A program made the position numbers and the translations under genes. 32,000 nt of DNA from Candidatus Saccharimonadota bacterium (GTDB lineage: Bacteria; Patescibacteriota; Patescibacteriia; 2-12-FULL-60-25). Numbering within the stretch: the stretch's first letter is position 1; each line of letters starts with the position of its first letter. The notes under the pieces are model-generated. The model had not been told where the DNA came from. It did no database searches and saw only the letters and a list, made by a program, of their open reading frames with translations. Location: assembly GCA_016699205.1 (NCBI GenBank), contig CP064964.1, forward strand, positions 750,001 to 782,000, written 5' to 3'. Of this stretch, positions 14,725 to 26,005 are shown piece after piece.

Positions 14725-14801
14725 CTAACGGCACTTCAAAACCCATGTCCCCCAGAATTACGGAAGATTACGGGGACCTCTGGAGATTTCTCATGAGCGA
14801 C

Positions 14802-14829
14802 CTCACGCAACACGCATCACGCTTCACGC
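14802..14829 (+). repeat. Four tandem heptamers NNCACGC in the 23S leader
   Basis: CTCACGC AACACGC ATCACGC TTCACGC, read directly from the sequence. ATTACGG also occurs twice at 14757..14775. Confidence 0.6.
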
Positions 14830-15154
14830 GTCATGTTTGCGGCTAAGACTCACGGAAGCCTCTCCAGGTTTCGCGAGCTTGGCCGACGACGGTCAAGCTC
14901 GCTTTCGTTCTCTCTACACTTTCGCTCGAGTCGGACAGGAACGGTATCCCATCAATGATCGGGTCCCATTCCTGTCCGTGTCGCCCCGCTTATGCGGAGG
15001 ACGCGGATATGCCTTTTGCACAACCCGAGATAGGTACGTATAACGATTCAAACGTGATACGTGCAAGGCATAGAAACAACATTTGCAATCGAGCATAACG
15101 TAATTGAAGTAGTTGCAAGACCATTCCAGAGACCGACTTGTTCGGACGCCTGGA

Positions 15155-18128
<2,974 letters not shown>

Positions 18129-18272
18129 ATCCAGATGTAAAACTCTGTCGATGGTCGAGCAAGTGCTACATTACGTAGCGCGTAGCAAGTGTTTTCCTAC
18201 TGCCTTGCACGTATCACTTTTGAATCCGCAGTTTGAGTCATCGATTTTGTTTTTCGAATAATCGAAAGCCAA

Positions 18273-18392
<120 letters not shown>

Positions 18393-18396
18393 AGAG

Positions 18397-18428
18397 AAGC
18401 TCAGCTGAAAGGCTGGGCTTTTGTGTTT
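18397..18428 (+). terminator. Rho-independent terminator of the rRNA operon
   Basis: AAGCTCAGC, loop TGAAAG, GCTGGGCTT (one G-U pair), followed by TTTGTGTTT. Confidence 0.75.
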
Positions 18429-18441
18429 GGTAAAAATAGTA

Positions 18442-18467
18442 AGAACGCACCTTGTTGGGTGCGTTCT
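18442..18467 (-). terminator. Terminator hairpin for minus-strand gene 18473..18958
   Basis: AGAACGCACC, loop TTGTTG, GGTGCGTTCT, 5 nt beyond the stop codon. On the minus strand the following sequence is T-rich (TACTATTTTTA). Confidence 0.65.
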
Positions 18468-18472
18468 GTTGA

Positions 18473-18958
18473 TCAGGTACCGAGGATGGTGAGCATCTCG
18501 AGGATCGCGTGCTTGTTTGCAGCAACTCGTCTCTCTTTCTCCGCCTCGATTGTGAGCATATTTTTCACGTGTTGCATGCCGGCGGCCCATGAGCGGATGG
18601 TGGTGGTTGTGTCACCTCCGTCCTCCTCCCATACGACCGTTCCATCCGGATAGAATCGCAGGGTCCAGATCACCCCACGCTCGTCGCGAAGCGTCAAATA
18701 CTGATGCCGTTCATCGCGATGATAGTCGCAGGAGAACTCTTTGTGCCAGCCGCAGAAACTGAGTTCTTTGATGAACTTGTTGAGTGCTTCCTCGAGGGCA
18801 TTGAATCGGTCGGAGTAGAGTGATTGCTCCTGCTCTGTTGACTTATCGTTGAGATGGAATCCCGGAGCTTCGGGAATGTTGAGGATGAGTCGTGGAGTGA
18901 TCTCAGGGTCCAGCGGCGGATCGTTGAAGTTGCCGCTCATTTTGTTTTCACCACCCAT
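18473..18958 (-). CDS. Hypothetical protein
   Basis: 161 aa. The ATG at 18958 is preceded by AGAGG with 5-6-nt spacing. No recognised family. Confidence 0.65.
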   Translation of the reverse strand: MGGENKMSGNFNDPPLDPEITPRLILNIPEAPGFHLNDKSTEQEQSLYSDRFNALEEALNKFIKELSFCGWHKEFSCDYHRDERHQYLTLRDERGVIWTLRFYPDGTVVWEEDGGDTTTTIRSWAAGMQHVKNMLTIEAEKERRVAANKHAILEMLTILGT

Positions 18959-19068
18959 AACTACCTCTTGGAGTCTGAGAACTCGGAAAGGACCTAACTT
19001 TTATAGATGAGATAAGCCAAAAAGTCAAGAGTAGTACTTGGCTTTTGTGTTTGTGCTAATATTTCTTC

Positions 19069-19893
19069 ATGAAAAAGTGCCTGGAACCATCTCCGGAAGA
19101 TTCGGAATTGAAAGCATTAAAAACGCAGGCGGTACAGGATTATATAGCAAGTCGTCCAGAGCGGCCGATACAGTTTGACCTTGACTCGCCTGAATATGAT
19201 CAAGCTCGGGAGGAGGCATTAGCTTTGAGCGAATTTATTAAATCTAAACAAGAATTAGTTGAGCCAATAAGAAGTTCGGTCTCCCATCCGTACCTCAATA
19301 GAGCCGAATCTTGGTTTAGAGGCATTCAGCGAGACTTAGAGAATCCGCGCTCCAGGTCTCTTGATGCTATTCGTAAAGATATTCATGACATAAAAACGGA
19401 ACTAAATCGTAAAGAGCAGGAGTATCATTTAAAGAAACTTCAAGAGGCAAAGAACCCTTTTTCAAAGGAGTCTTGGGAGGAGCAGGTTCGTTTGAGACAG
19501 GATGCGGAGATGGCTTTGGAATTATTGGATGTAATTTCCCGAGCTAAGAAGCCCAAGGATCTTTCTACACGCGAAGAGTCTTTATGGCAGAAGATTATTG
19601 TCCAGGCAAAAGGCCTCAAAAATCAGTACGGGCTCGACAACAAAAGTTTTATACAGGAAGCCCGTGAGGTAATTGAGCGTTCGGCTGAGCTCCAAAGAGT
19701 TTCTGCCAATTATCTGGAACGTTTTTTAGCTATTCGTAGTCGTTTGGAAAAGCGCGCCAAGACTTTGGGTGAGCAGGTAACGAATGAATTGTTTAAACGG
19801 TTAAAACCGGAGTTGGTTGAGTTGGCTAAGAAGGAATTAGCATCTATGGAATTGGATGAAGCTTTAGATGAAATTTTGGTAAGTGCTTTTTAG
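19069..19893 (+). CDS. Hypothetical helical protein encoded by an AT-rich gene
   Basis: 274 aa, K/E/L-rich. Sampled lines give about 32-47% GC, against >60% for the next gene. TGCTAATAT (extended -10-like) ends 6 nt before the ATG, so the mRNA may be leaderless. Confidence 0.6.
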   Translation: MKKCLEPSPEDSELKALKTQAVQDYIASRPERPIQFDLDSPEYDQAREEALALSEFIKSKQELVEPIRSSVSHPYLNRAESWFRGIQRDLENPRSRSLDAIRKDIHDIKTELNRKEQEYHLKKLQEAKNPFSKESWEEQVRLRQDAEMALELLDVISRAKKPKDLSTREESLWQKIIVQAKGLKNQYGLDNKSFIQEAREVIERSAELQRVSANYLERFLAIRSRLEKRAKTLGEQVTNELFKRLKPELVELAKKELASMELDEALDEILVSAF

Positions 19894-19962
19894 ATTCAAC
19901 CCTTTACAAAATTCCTCTTTTTTGCGATGGTTTCCTCGGTTCTTTATTAATCGGAGGTTCCC

Positions 19963-20391
19963 ATGGGTCACAGGGAGTGGTTGAAGGCGGCAGAGACGGT
20001 CGAGGCGCAGAAGCGTCAGCCCGAGGTCGAGGCCAGGGAGATCGAGGAAGAGGCGCGCAAGCTCGAGAGCTTCTTGAGCAGCGTCGAGGGTAATGCCGCA
20101 CGGCGGCTCCTCAAGGCGACGGCCAAGCACATCATCGTCGGCGAGCTCGAGGCTTCCCCGGGGCATGCGATGGTCTGCTTCTTGGATGGCGAAGGACTGC
20201 GGCAGTCCATCGAAGGTAAGGGGCTCTCGGGCGCTTACGCGGGCAACAAGCCCGACATTTCCTCGACAACGCCGGAGCTGGCGACCAAGGCTTTCACGCA
20301 TCCTGATCGTGGGAAGCGCAAGCCGTCTGAGCTCCTGAACTACATTCGCGGTGAGCTCGACAAGATCGCCGAGGCGGTCAAGAAGGGATAG
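19963..20391 (+). CDS. Hypothetical protein
   Basis: 142 aa. The ATG is preceded by GGAGG with 5-nt spacing. GC-rich, no recognised family. Confidence 0.65.
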   Translation: MGHREWLKAAETVEAQKRQPEVEAREIEEEARKLESFLSSVEGNAARRLLKATAKHIIVGELEASPGHAMVCFLDGEGLRQSIEGKGLSGAYAGNKPDISSTTPELATKAFTHPDRGKRKPSELLNYIRGELDKIAEAVKKG

Positions 20392-20401
20392 ATCTGCTGC
20401 T

Positions 20402-20441
20402 GAGTCCGACGCATTGCTTTGCGTCGGACTCTTGCGTTTTG
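20402..20441 (+). terminator. Rho-independent terminator
   Basis: GAGTCCGACGC, loop ATTGCTTT, GCGTCGGACTC, followed by TTGCGTTTTG. Confidence 0.75.
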
Positions 20442-20478
20442 TATCTCTATTTACAGGAAAGGAGTACGCTGTATTGAT

Positions 20479-20649
20479 ATGAATCAAAAATCTCTCGCGA
20501 TGTGGTCTTTCTGGATTGGTGCCGTGATCGTGCTTGTGACGCATGTCTATATGTTGGTGGCGGGATTGCCTGCGTCGCAGATGATGGGACACTCGATATT
20601 GAACTTGGTTGCTGGGGCGCTTGTCATCTTTGGTTGGATGAAGCGCTAG
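20479..20649 (+). CDS. Small two-TM membrane protein (56 aa)
   Basis: MNQKSLAMWSFWIGAVIVLVTHVYMLVAGLPASQMMGHSILNLVAGALVIFGWMKR has two hydrophobic helices. The tracked start at 20419 lies inside the preceding terminator, so I trimmed to the ATG at 20479. Confidence 0.5.
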   Translation: MNQKSLAMWSFWIGAVIVLVTHVYMLVAGLPASQMMGHSILNLVAGALVIFGWMKR

Positions 20650-20657
20650 AGAATGCG

Positions 20658-20687
20658 AAAGGCCGTCCAGAGAGGGCGGCCTTTTTT
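20658..20687. terminator. Bidirectional terminator
   Basis: AAAGGCCGTCC, loop AGAGAG, GGCGGCCTTTTTT (one bulged base), between convergent genes. Confidence 0.7.
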
Positions 20688-21036
20688 AGTGTTTACGTTT
20701 TTGGCTCGCGCGGATCTTTCGCGCGATGTAGATCCCTTCCGGTGTAAGACGGTAGAAAAGTCTCGCTGCCGGCTTTTTTGCGCCAGGTGGCAGGATCGGA
20801 GGTGGGGCAGAAATGCACTCGATGTGACCGTACAGAATGAGGAGATTCAACATCTTTCTTCCGGCGCTTGGGTCTTTTCCGTAGTGAATCTCCGTGTAAT
20901 GGCCCGGATGTGTGTCCTCGATCAGGAGCAGTACTTGCATGATTTCCACGCGGATCGTCTGCTCCGATTGCTTGATCGATAGCCAGAGCGCGATGAATGC
21001 GATGGCGGCTAGTACCGCGAGAAGGGCGTAGACCAT
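20686..21036 (-). CDS. Membrane-anchored small protein with a putative winged-helix domain
   Basis: N-terminal TM helix MVYALLAVLAAIAFIALWL. The rest (IMQVLLLIEDTHPGHYTEIHY...LNLLILYGHIECIS...RLFYRLTPEGIYIARKI) resembles PadR/MarR-like wHTH topology. This is a weak, pattern-based call. Confidence 0.45.
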   Translation of the reverse strand: MVYALLAVLAAIAFIALWLSIKQSEQTIRVEIMQVLLLIEDTHPGHYTEIHYGKDPSAGRKMLNLLILYGHIECISAPPPILPPGAKKPAARLFYRLTPEGIYIARKIRASQKRKH

Positions 21037-21152
21037 TCAAGCCTCCGGTGACTATTTGAATCTGAATATCGCTCTTTGTCAATGGTCGATTCTGCGTTGA
21101 CATCGCTTCCGTAAAATGATGAGCTTGCGGCGGTTCCTTGAAAGGAAAACCT

Positions 21153-21665
21153 ATGCTGAACGGACTCGAATCGTTCGTGCCTCGATTGCTCGAGCTCACT
21201 CGTCAGGCCGGGATCGACGTCTCGGAATATCTCATGGACCATGTGTGCTATCGCGTGGCGGACATGAAGCGTTATGAAGAGCTTGCGCATGTTTGGCGAC
21301 TCTTTGCCGAGAAGACGCACGAGAGTATGGTGAACGGCCGGCCGATCACCGTGTTCACGCTTTACACGCCGATCAAGATCGCGGGACGTATCATCCGCGT
21401 GATCGAGTTGCCGGCGCCGAAAGAGGGTGCCCCGTATCCTGAAGGTTGGGAGCATGCAGAGTTCGTCATCGACGAGCCGTTTGCGCACTTCATGTCGCGC
21501 TACGACGAGCATGTCTTTGATACGAGAGGTCTCGCCAAAGAGTTCAATCCCGAACTCGGATACAAGCTGCCCGAAGGTCTGCAGATCAAGTTTCATCAGA
21601 TGCCGCTCGAGTGCGTCATCGAGATCGAGGCGGATCGTGGATTGCCTCTACCTAGCGAAGAATAG
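21153..21665 (+). CDS. VOC-superfamily protein, YecM-like
   Basis: The ATG at 21153 is preceded by AAGGA with 6-nt spacing. MDHVCYRVADMKRYEEL...GRPITVF...IRVIELPAPKEG.PYPEGWEHAEFVI fits the YecM/VOC fold pattern as I recall it. Confidence 0.6.
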   Translation: MLNGLESFVPRLLELTRQAGIDVSEYLMDHVCYRVADMKRYEELAHVWRLFAEKTHESMVNGRPITVFTLYTPIKIAGRIIRVIELPAPKEGAPYPEGWEHAEFVIDEPFAHFMSRYDEHVFDTRGLAKEFNPELGYKLPEGLQIKFHQMPLECVIEIEADRGLPLPSEE

Positions 21666-21678
21666 TTGAGGAGGATGT

Positions 21679-22461
21679 ATGCCTGCCGTGCGATTTCCCG
21701 TGATCAAGCCAGAGTACGAAGTCAACAATGGGAATGATTTCCAGGTCCCCGTGTTGCGCGAGATCAGCCCGCGAATTGGTTGGACACTGCGCTTGTTCAT
21801 CGATACGGACGTGCAAGTGCATCAGGTCTGGTATCCGATGGTCGAGAATGGCGATGCGGATATCGCCGAATGCAAGAAGCGATTTCGTGCGCTCAAGAAC
21901 GAGCTTCCTCGACTGTTCCCTCCGATGTACAAGACAGAACGTGAAGAGGACACGGATCTGCATTCCGCGCTGACGGATATCGGCGCCGAGCATTTCTATG
22001 GCGGATGGATGCGTAAGTTTGACGACACGGCCAAGCTCGCGGGACCAATCTGGGTCGGTAGGCACGTGAGTTTCCGATCATCGTGCAAGGTGCTCGGTCC
22101 CTCGCTCATCGAGTCGAATGTAACGATCGGAACTTCTGCGATCGTGAATCGCTCGATCGTGTGTCGGCGTACGGAGATTGACGCGGGCGCGCAGGTCGCG
22201 GATTCGATCATCGGGCGCGATGTGTACATCGGGCCGACGGCACTTCTTCTGCATAAGCCGCTTACGGGTAAACTCGAACCGCTTCACGAAGGAGTGAGGC
22301 TCACGAATCGCAAGAAGTGCGGAGTCATCGTTGGCGACGGATGCCGTATCGGTGCCGGAGCCACGATTGAGCCGGGGACAATCCTCATGCCCAAGTGCGT
22401 TGTGCCCATCGGCCAACATGTGAAGACCGGGTTTTATTGCCCAGAAGACTTCCGAGACTGA
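21679..22461 (+). CDS. Protein with unknown N-terminal domain and C-terminal left-handed beta-helix (hexapeptide repeat) domain
   Basis: RBS GAGGAGG sits 5 nt before the ATG. The C-terminal half shows hexapeptide periodicity (VGRHVSF.SSCKVLG.SLIESNVTIGTSAIVNRSIVCRRTEIDAGAQVADSIIGRDVYIGPTA...CGVIVGDGCRIGAGATIEPGTIL), like the LbH tails of sugar-nucleotidyltransferases and acyltransferases. Confidence 0.65.
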   Translation: MPAVRFPVIKPEYEVNNGNDFQVPVLREISPRIGWTLRLFIDTDVQVHQVWYPMVENGDADIAECKKRFRALKNELPRLFPPMYKTEREEDTDLHSALTDIGAEHFYGGWMRKFDDTAKLAGPIWVGRHVSFRSSCKVLGPSLIESNVTIGTSAIVNRSIVCRRTEIDAGAQVADSIIGRDVYIGPTALLLHKPLTGKLEPLHEGVRLTNRKKCGVIVGDGCRIGAGATIEPGTILMPKCVVPIGQHVKTGFYCPEDFRD

Positions 22462-22466
22462 AACTG

Positions 22467-22496
22467 AAATCCTCCGCTTATACTAGCGGAGGATTT
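22467..22496. terminator. Bidirectional terminator, overlapping the last codons of the flippase gene
   Basis: AAATCCTCCGC, loop TTATACTA, GCGGAGGATTT. Confidence 0.7.
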
Positions 22497-23929
22497 GACG
22501 TTTTGGCTTTGAGAATGTCTTGAAGCGTCTCTTTTTTTATACCGCCCATGGCGTAGAGGACGAGAGCATAGACGATTGCGCCGACAAGGATCGGAATCGC
22601 AACGAATTGATCGCGTAGGAACCAGACAAAAATCGACATGAGTATTGATGCGCCGATTGCGGCGAGGAGAACGCGCGGCTTGAATTCTGTCGGTATGGCT
22701 TTGTGCGAGACGATGATGGAACCAAGTCCGACGAGAACTTCGGAAGCGACGGTGAGCCAGGCAGCTGCCCACATGCCGTACGTTGGAATGAAGAGGAGGT
22801 AGCCGATCACGGCGCCGATCGCAACCGCAATATAAACCGGAATCATTTTACGCTGGCCATCGATTGCGACCACGATATGCGAGAAGACGGTATTTAAATA
22901 AATGGCGGCGACGGCGACGATCAAAATTGAAAGGATGCGACCGGAGTCCGCAAACTCCGGACCGGCGACTAATATCATAATACGTTCGCCGAGGATCCAG
23001 GTGCCGGCCATCATCGGTAAACAAAAGACGAGCATGACATCGATCGAGTTGGTGACGAGGTTTTTGAATTTTGGAAGATCTTTTTTTGCAAAGGCGTTGG
23101 AGAGGATTGGAAGAAGTACGCCGGCATACATGAAGGGGACAGTGATGAGTATTTCAAGTACTCGGTAAGCAGCTCCGTAGATTCCGACCTCGGTTTGAGG
23201 ACGAACAAACGAGAGAATAAGCGTGTCCGCTTTGAAATACGCGAGCCCGAAAGCAATAGAAAGTCCGACCGGCCAGGATCTGTGTAGAGCCATTTTCCAG
23301 AACACTGGGTCCCAATTCCAGTGGAAATCGGCGTATTTGCGGGCAGAGAGGAAGTTGAGGATGAAGTTGCCAAACCCGGCGAGCGAGATGAACCACATGA
23401 TCGGCACGAGGCCCCAGCCCTGCGATTGTGCAATGAGTAATCCGGCGAGTGCGATCACGCGGCCGACATTTTCTGCAATGGCGGCCATCGACATTCTAAG
23501 GTGACGCTGTTGCGCGCCTACGACGACTTGATTCAAGCTCGGGAAAATAAATGAACCGGTGAGAGCGATGATCGCGAGTTTGAGTGCAAGCGGATAAGGA
23601 GAAGCGAGTGCGACCGCTGGCGCGACAAGACCAAGAATCAAAAACGCCATGACGATGCGCAATGTGAAAAGCGCGCTCGTACAGCGCCTCTCATATTTTT
23701 CATCACCGGCATGCTCGCCGAGAAGTGCGACGAGCGTTACGTTCAAGCCGAGGTCGAGAAGTAGTGCGAAGACTTGGAGAAAGGCGTTTGCTGTCGAGTA
23801 GGCACCAAAGCCTTCCGTGCCGAGCTGGCGCGTCATGAGCCCGATGATGACGATGCCGAGAACGGTGGATACGCCTTTACCGAGTATTTGTACGCCTGTA
23901 TTGAGGGCTAGGGAGCGGGCGAGCGACAT
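22478..23929 (-). CDS. MOP-superfamily oligosaccharide or lipid-II flippase (Wzx/MurJ-like polysaccharide biosynthesis protein)
   Basis: Start trimmed to the ATG at 23929 (MSLARSLALNTGVQILGKGVSTVLGIVIIGLMTRQLGTEGFGAYSTANAF...). 483 aa, about 12-14 hydrophobic helices, with the typical N-terminal motif of Wzx/MurJ-type flippases. Confidence 0.75.
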   Translation of the reverse strand: MSLARSLALNTGVQILGKGVSTVLGIVIIGLMTRQLGTEGFGAYSTANAFLQVFALLLDLGLNVTLVALLGEHAGDEKYERRCTSALFTLRIVMAFLILGLVAPAVALASPYPLALKLAIIALTGSFIFPSLNQVVVGAQQRHLRMSMAAIAENVGRVIALAGLLIAQSQGWGLVPIMWFISLAGFGNFILNFLSARKYADFHWNWDPVFWKMALHRSWPVGLSIAFGLAYFKADTLILSFVRPQTEVGIYGAAYRVLEILITVPFMYAGVLLPILSNAFAKKDLPKFKNLVTNSIDVMLVFCLPMMAGTWILGERIMILVAGPEFADSGRILSILIVAVAAIYLNTVFSHIVVAIDGQRKMIPVYIAVAIGAVIGYLLFIPTYGMWAAAWLTVASEVLVGLGSIIVSHKAIPTEFKPRVLLAAIGASILMSIFVWFLRDQFVAIPILVGAIVYALVLYAMGGIKKETLQDILKAKTSNPPLV

Positions 23930-23979
23930 GCGGGCTAGTGTACATTGAACGAATGGGGTTGAACATTTACTATGATGGC

Positions 23980-24714
23980 ATGTTTCTGCGTGGGTTTGCG
24001 ATCTTTTTGTTGATTTGCGGTTTACTGCCGATTCATTTGGTATTGGCCCAGAATGCTTCAAGTACAAATTTTCAGAATACAGACTCCTCGATCTTACCTT
24101 TGATTGTTAATACCCAGTCCGGAAATTTTCAAATTGATGGATCGGTGCAATCGATTGTTGGCAGCGTGCAGAGTCCTTCTTTCCTGGTGGAAAGCGGAGC
24201 ACAATCAACGAGCGGAACAACGCCGACCGTTGTCGTCATACCGCCTCCTAGCGGAGGGGGAGGTGGCGGAGGAGGGCTTCCGTTGCCTCAAACGGGACCG
24301 AGACTTGAGCCCGCGCCTACAATTGATCCTCGGGATTGGACCTATAAAACTACGGCTATTGTTCAGGGTTCACGCGGTGTTGATGGTGCGGCTATTTTGC
24401 TGAATAGCTCCGATATTGGCGTGATTTATCCGAATGAACAGCGCTGGGAACGGAGTTTGCCTCTTGGACTGGGGGATAATTTGATCCAGATTCAAGCAAA
24501 ACTCGGAGATCGCGTTTCTATCGTTGTTATAGGTATGGTGCATCGTCGTTTGATCGGGGATGTGAATGATGATCGGGTGGTTGATGATGTCGATCTTTCT
24601 TTGTTCACCAGGCACTGGCGTCGTTATGATCGCCAGTCTGATTTTAATGAAGATGGTATGATTGATGATATCGATCTATCGTTGCTCGCCAGTCATTGGG
24701 GTCGACGATATTGA
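23980..24714 (+). CDS. Secreted protein with C-terminal dockerin-like duplicated Ca-binding repeat
   Basis: Start at ATG 23980 (MFLRGFAIFLLICGLLPIHLVLA/QNAS) or 23953. Gly8 linker. The C-terminus carries two EF-hand-like dockerin segments, GDVNDDRVVDDVDLSLFTRHW and DFNEDGMIDDIDLSLLASHW. The TGA stop is 2 nt before the next ATG. Confidence 0.75.
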   Translation: MFLRGFAIFLLICGLLPIHLVLAQNASSTNFQNTDSSILPLIVNTQSGNFQIDGSVQSIVGSVQSPSFLVESGAQSTSGTTPTVVVIPPPSGGGGGGGGLPLPQTGPRLEPAPTIDPRDWTYKTTAIVQGSRGVDGAAILLNSSDIGVIYPNEQRWERSLPLGLGDNLIQIQAKLGDRVSIVVIGMVHRRLIGDVNDDRVVDDVDLSLFTRHWRRYDRQSDFNEDGMIDDIDLSLLASHWGRRY

Positions 24715-24716
24715 TT

Positions 24717-25898
24717 ATGAAGCGTTTCTTTTTTCTTTTTGCTCTCCTCCTGCTCGTGCCGCGAGATGTTTTTGCCGCATCTGCCGGTTTGACGGGGCCA
24801 GCTGAGGTTCAGGTTGGGAGAACGTTCCAGGTACGTATGACGGTTGGGGGAGCTGTTGATGTTGATACGGTGCGTTTTGTGGGCTCGTTTCCTACGGATT
24901 TGCTCGAGTTTCAAGGGATGGCGAATGGATCGTCTTTGCCGACGCGCTCGCCTGGATCAGGTGCAACGGGTGGAACGTTTAATTTTGGCGGTTTCTCTTT
25001 AGGGAATCCGGTGAATGGTGGAACGCAGGCCGGTGTCCTGACATTTCGTGCGAAAAAAATTGGAGAGGCGACGATTTCTCTGCAAGGAGGAACGCGTATT
25101 TTGTCCGCAGGAGAAGATCAGACGACAGGACGGGGGAGTTTGAAGATCAAGATCGTGGAAGCTCCGGCACCCGGCGAGATTCCGGTGACGCCGCCGGTTC
25201 AGACGACGATCGATCTTTTGAGTAAGACGCATCCTGATCAGAATGTCTGGTATCCAAAGCGAGGCCTTGGTCTTGAGTGGAAATTCAGCGGAAGACAGCC
25301 GATTTCTTACACGGTTGGTTTTGATCAGGCGCCGGAAGGTCCTGCGGAGATGAGAGCTGTTGCTACAAGCTCGGCTTCATTTGATGCTCCAAACGATGGC
25401 GTTTGGTATGGTCATTTGGTTGTCCGTTACTCTGCGAGCGAGATTGTCCGTAAAGACTTCCGTTTCTTGGTTGATTCAACAGCTCCACGTCCGTTGGCGG
25501 TGTCTGTTGACCAGAACGATGTTCGTCCGCAAACGCCGAATTTTCTTAGATTTACAGCTTTGGATGATGCTTCTGGTGTCGCGCGTTACGACGTTAGTAT
25601 CAATGAAACATTCGTCACTTCTACAGCATTGCCTTACTTGTCTTTGGCTGAGCTCGGTGCTGGGGACTATCGTGCTCGAGTGCGCGCTGTTGACTATGCA
25701 GGTAATGCCTCGGAAGGGGTTACCGAGTTCCGCCTTACGGACAAGATCACAGGTGTTGATGCGGATCTCGTACGAGCTGAGCGATGGCAAGATTCTATTT
25801 TGCGCTTAGTTCTGGCATTTTTTGCCATTCTTCTCTTGTTTATTTTTGGGATTTTGGTGGGGCGACGTACATTGGAAAAGAAGCGACGTAAAAAATAA
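24717..25898 (+). CDS. Cohesin-like domain protein with Ig-like domains and C-terminal TM anchor
   Basis: ATG at 24717 (MKRFFFLFALLLLVPRDVFA/AS). The N-terminal ~130 aa fit the cohesin pattern (VQVGRTFQVRMTVGGAVDVDTVRFVGSFPTDLLEFQG...GVLTFRAKKIGEATISL). The middle contains SKTHPDQNVWY and D.AGN-type beta-sandwich motifs (RVRAVDYAGNAS). The C-terminus is ILRLVLAFFAILLLFIFGILVG-RRTLEKKRRKK. Confidence 0.7.
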   Translation: MKRFFFLFALLLLVPRDVFAASAGLTGPAEVQVGRTFQVRMTVGGAVDVDTVRFVGSFPTDLLEFQGMANGSSLPTRSPGSGATGGTFNFGGFSLGNPVNGGTQAGVLTFRAKKIGEATISLQGGTRILSAGEDQTTGRGSLKIKIVEAPAPGEIPVTPPVQTTIDLLSKTHPDQNVWYPKRGLGLEWKFSGRQPISYTVGFDQAPEGPAEMRAVATSSASFDAPNDGVWYGHLVVRYSASEIVRKDFRFLVDSTAPRPLAVSVDQNDVRPQTPNFLRFTALDDASGVARYDVSINETFVTSTALPYLSLAELGAGDYRARVRAVDYAGNASEGVTEFRLTDKITGVDADLVRAERWQDSILRLVLAFFAILLLFIFGILVGRRTLEKKRRKK

Positions 25899-25952
25899 GT
25901 TGGATCTTGATTAGTTACCCACAGTTTTAGCTAATTTTTGCAGAAAAAGGAG

Positions 25953-25958
25953 TATAAT
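25953..25958 (+). promoter_or_regulatory. Perfect TATAAT -10 hexamer upstream of the giant gene
   Basis: TATAAT at 25953..25958 follows AAAAGGAG. No convincing -35 at 17 nt. It lies 47 nt before the ATG at 26006. Confidence 0.35.
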
Positions 25959-26005
25959 TGATTTGGCCGTTGAACCCTTGTTCCACGGTAATATTCAAAT
26001 AAAAA

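Noticed and set aside
20693-21199. 168-aa minus-strand ORF overlapping 20686..21036 and the start of the VOC gene
   Set aside because: It is R/S/P-rich with no RBS. It overlaps two better-supported genes in other frames.
24250-24276. G-rich tract AGCGGAGGGGGAGGTGGCGGAGGAGGG as a G-quadruplex or slippage element
   Set aside because: It simply encodes the Gly8 linker using mixed GGN codons. The G-runs are too short and irregular for a confident G4, and it is not a perfect repeat.
24283-24297. LPQTG sortase-like motif in the dockerin protein (GLPLPQTGPRLE)
   Set aside because: It lies mid-protein, around residue 100 of 244. It is not followed by a hydrophobic segment and basic tail, and the functional dockerin lies downstream of it. 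It is probably a chance match in a Pro/Gly linker.
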